NCBI RefSeq assembly: GCF_964355755.1
Contig: NC_092678.1
Span: forward strand, 20,849,365 to 20,913,364
DNA length: 64,000 bases
Direction: 5' to 3'
Source of the DNA: Antedon mediterranea
Taxonomy: Eukaryota > Animalia > Echinodermata
The translations under genes were made by a program, and so were the position numbers. Position 1 is the first letter of the stretch. Every line of letters begins with the position of its first letter. Positions 62,484-64,000 of the stretch are shown here, piece by piece. The notes under the pieces were generated by a model, which did not search any database, was not told where the DNA came from, and saw only the letters and a list, made by a program, of their open reading frames with translations.

Positions 62484-63840
62484 TATACTTAATATGTACA
62501 CAGTATGTATACCTAATATGTACACAGTATGTATACCTAATATGTACACAGTATGTATACTTAATATGTACACAGTATGTATACTTAATATGTACACAGT
62601 ATGTATACTTAATATGTACACAGTATGTATACCTAATATGTACACAGTATGTATACCTAATATTTTCACAGTATGTATACCTAATATGTACACAGTATGT
62701 ATACTTAATATGTACACAGTATGTATACTTAATATGTACACAGTATGTATACTTAATATGTACACAGTATGTATACTTAATATGTACACAGTATGTATAC
62801 TTAATATGTACACAGTATGTATACTTAATATGTACACAGTATGTATACTTAATATGTACACAGTATGTATACTTAATATGTACACAGTATGTATACTTAA
62901 TATGTACACAGTATGTATACTTAATATGTACACAGTATGTATACTTAATATGTACACAGTATGTATACCTAATATGTACACAGTATGTATACTTAATATG
63001 TACACAGTATGTATACTTAATATGTACACAGTATATATACTTAATATGTACACAGTATGTATACTTAATATGTACACAGTATGTATACTTAATATGTACA
63101 CAGTATGTATACTTAATATGTACACAGTATGTATACTTAATATGTACACAGTATGTATACCTAATATGTACACAGTATGTATACTTAATATGTACACAGT
63201 ATGTATACCTAATATGTACACAGTATGTATACTTAATATGTACACAGTATGTATACTTAATATGTACACAGTATGTATACTTAATATGTACACAGTATGT
63301 ATACTTAATATGTACACAGTATGTATACTTAATATGTACACAGTATGTATACTTAATATGTACACAGTATGTATACTTAATATGTACACAGTATGTATAC
63401 TTAATATGTACACAGTATGTATACTTAATATGTACACAGTATGTATACTTAATATGTACACAGTATGTATACCTAATATGTACACAGTATGTATACTTAA
63501 TATGTACACAGTATGTATACTTAATATGTACACAGTATATATACTTAATATGTACACAGTATGTATACTTAATATGTACACAGTATGTATACTTAATATG
63601 TACACAGTATGTATACTTAATATGTACACAGTATGTATACTTAATATGTACACAGTATGTATACCTAATATGTACACAGTATGTATACTTAATATGTACA
63701 CAGTATGTATACCTAATATGTACACAGTATGTATACTTAATATGTACACAGTATGTATACTTAATATGTACACAGTATGTATACTTAATATGTACACAGT
63801 ATGTATACATAATATATACACAGTATGTATACCTTAATAT
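62484..63840. repeat. 24-bp satellite array 2 (~1.35 kb)
   Basis: Same unit as 51359-56988. Confidence 0.97.
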
Positions 63841-64000
63841 TTAAAATTTAAAATGGCGGATGGAAAAGACTGGACTAGTTCACCGACATCTTGTCTTGCA
63901 ATCAATAATATAATGATTAATATAGATTTTATTATGTGAAATGGGCCGGAGGCCATTGTTTATTGAAATAAAATAGAGAAAAGAAAGATTTCATTCCATG

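Noticed and set aside
62376-63837. 450-480 aa ORFs on both strands
   Set aside because: Same satellite artefact

Overview
An AT-rich, intron-containing animal genomic window from an invertebrate. A marine deuterostome such as an echinoderm is a guess from gene content, not something shown. Manual splicing (GT-AG sites and exon phases read by eye) gives, in order: (1) the 3' half of a WASP/N-WASP gene with two alternative, phase-incompatible exons for the 'central' (C) helix; (2) a two-exon GIMAP/AIG1-type GTPase with a degenerate G3 motif; (3) a ~15 kb minus-strand inter-alpha-trypsin-inhibitor heavy-chain-like gene in which three VIT+vWA modules are spliced into one ORF before a single DPHF cleavage site; (4) a divergently transcribed MBD4/MeCP2-type gene that can make either an MBD+glycosylase protein or a short MeCP2-like protein; (5) a 24-exon, ~1406-aa gene that fuses an intronless non-RD TKL-type kinase to two degenerate ephexin/SGEF-like DH-PH tandems, an SH3 domain and a tyrosine-motif tail, which is the best candidate for an undescribed system; (6) a second paralogous kinase exon between two 24-bp satellite arrays that share a duplicated flank. 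Interspersed are tRNA-derived SINEs, several MITE families, a broken Penelope-like retroelement, a minimal hammerhead-ribozyme-like motif, and 48-bp and ~180-bp tandem repeats. Family assignments come from motif recognition only; no database search was run.
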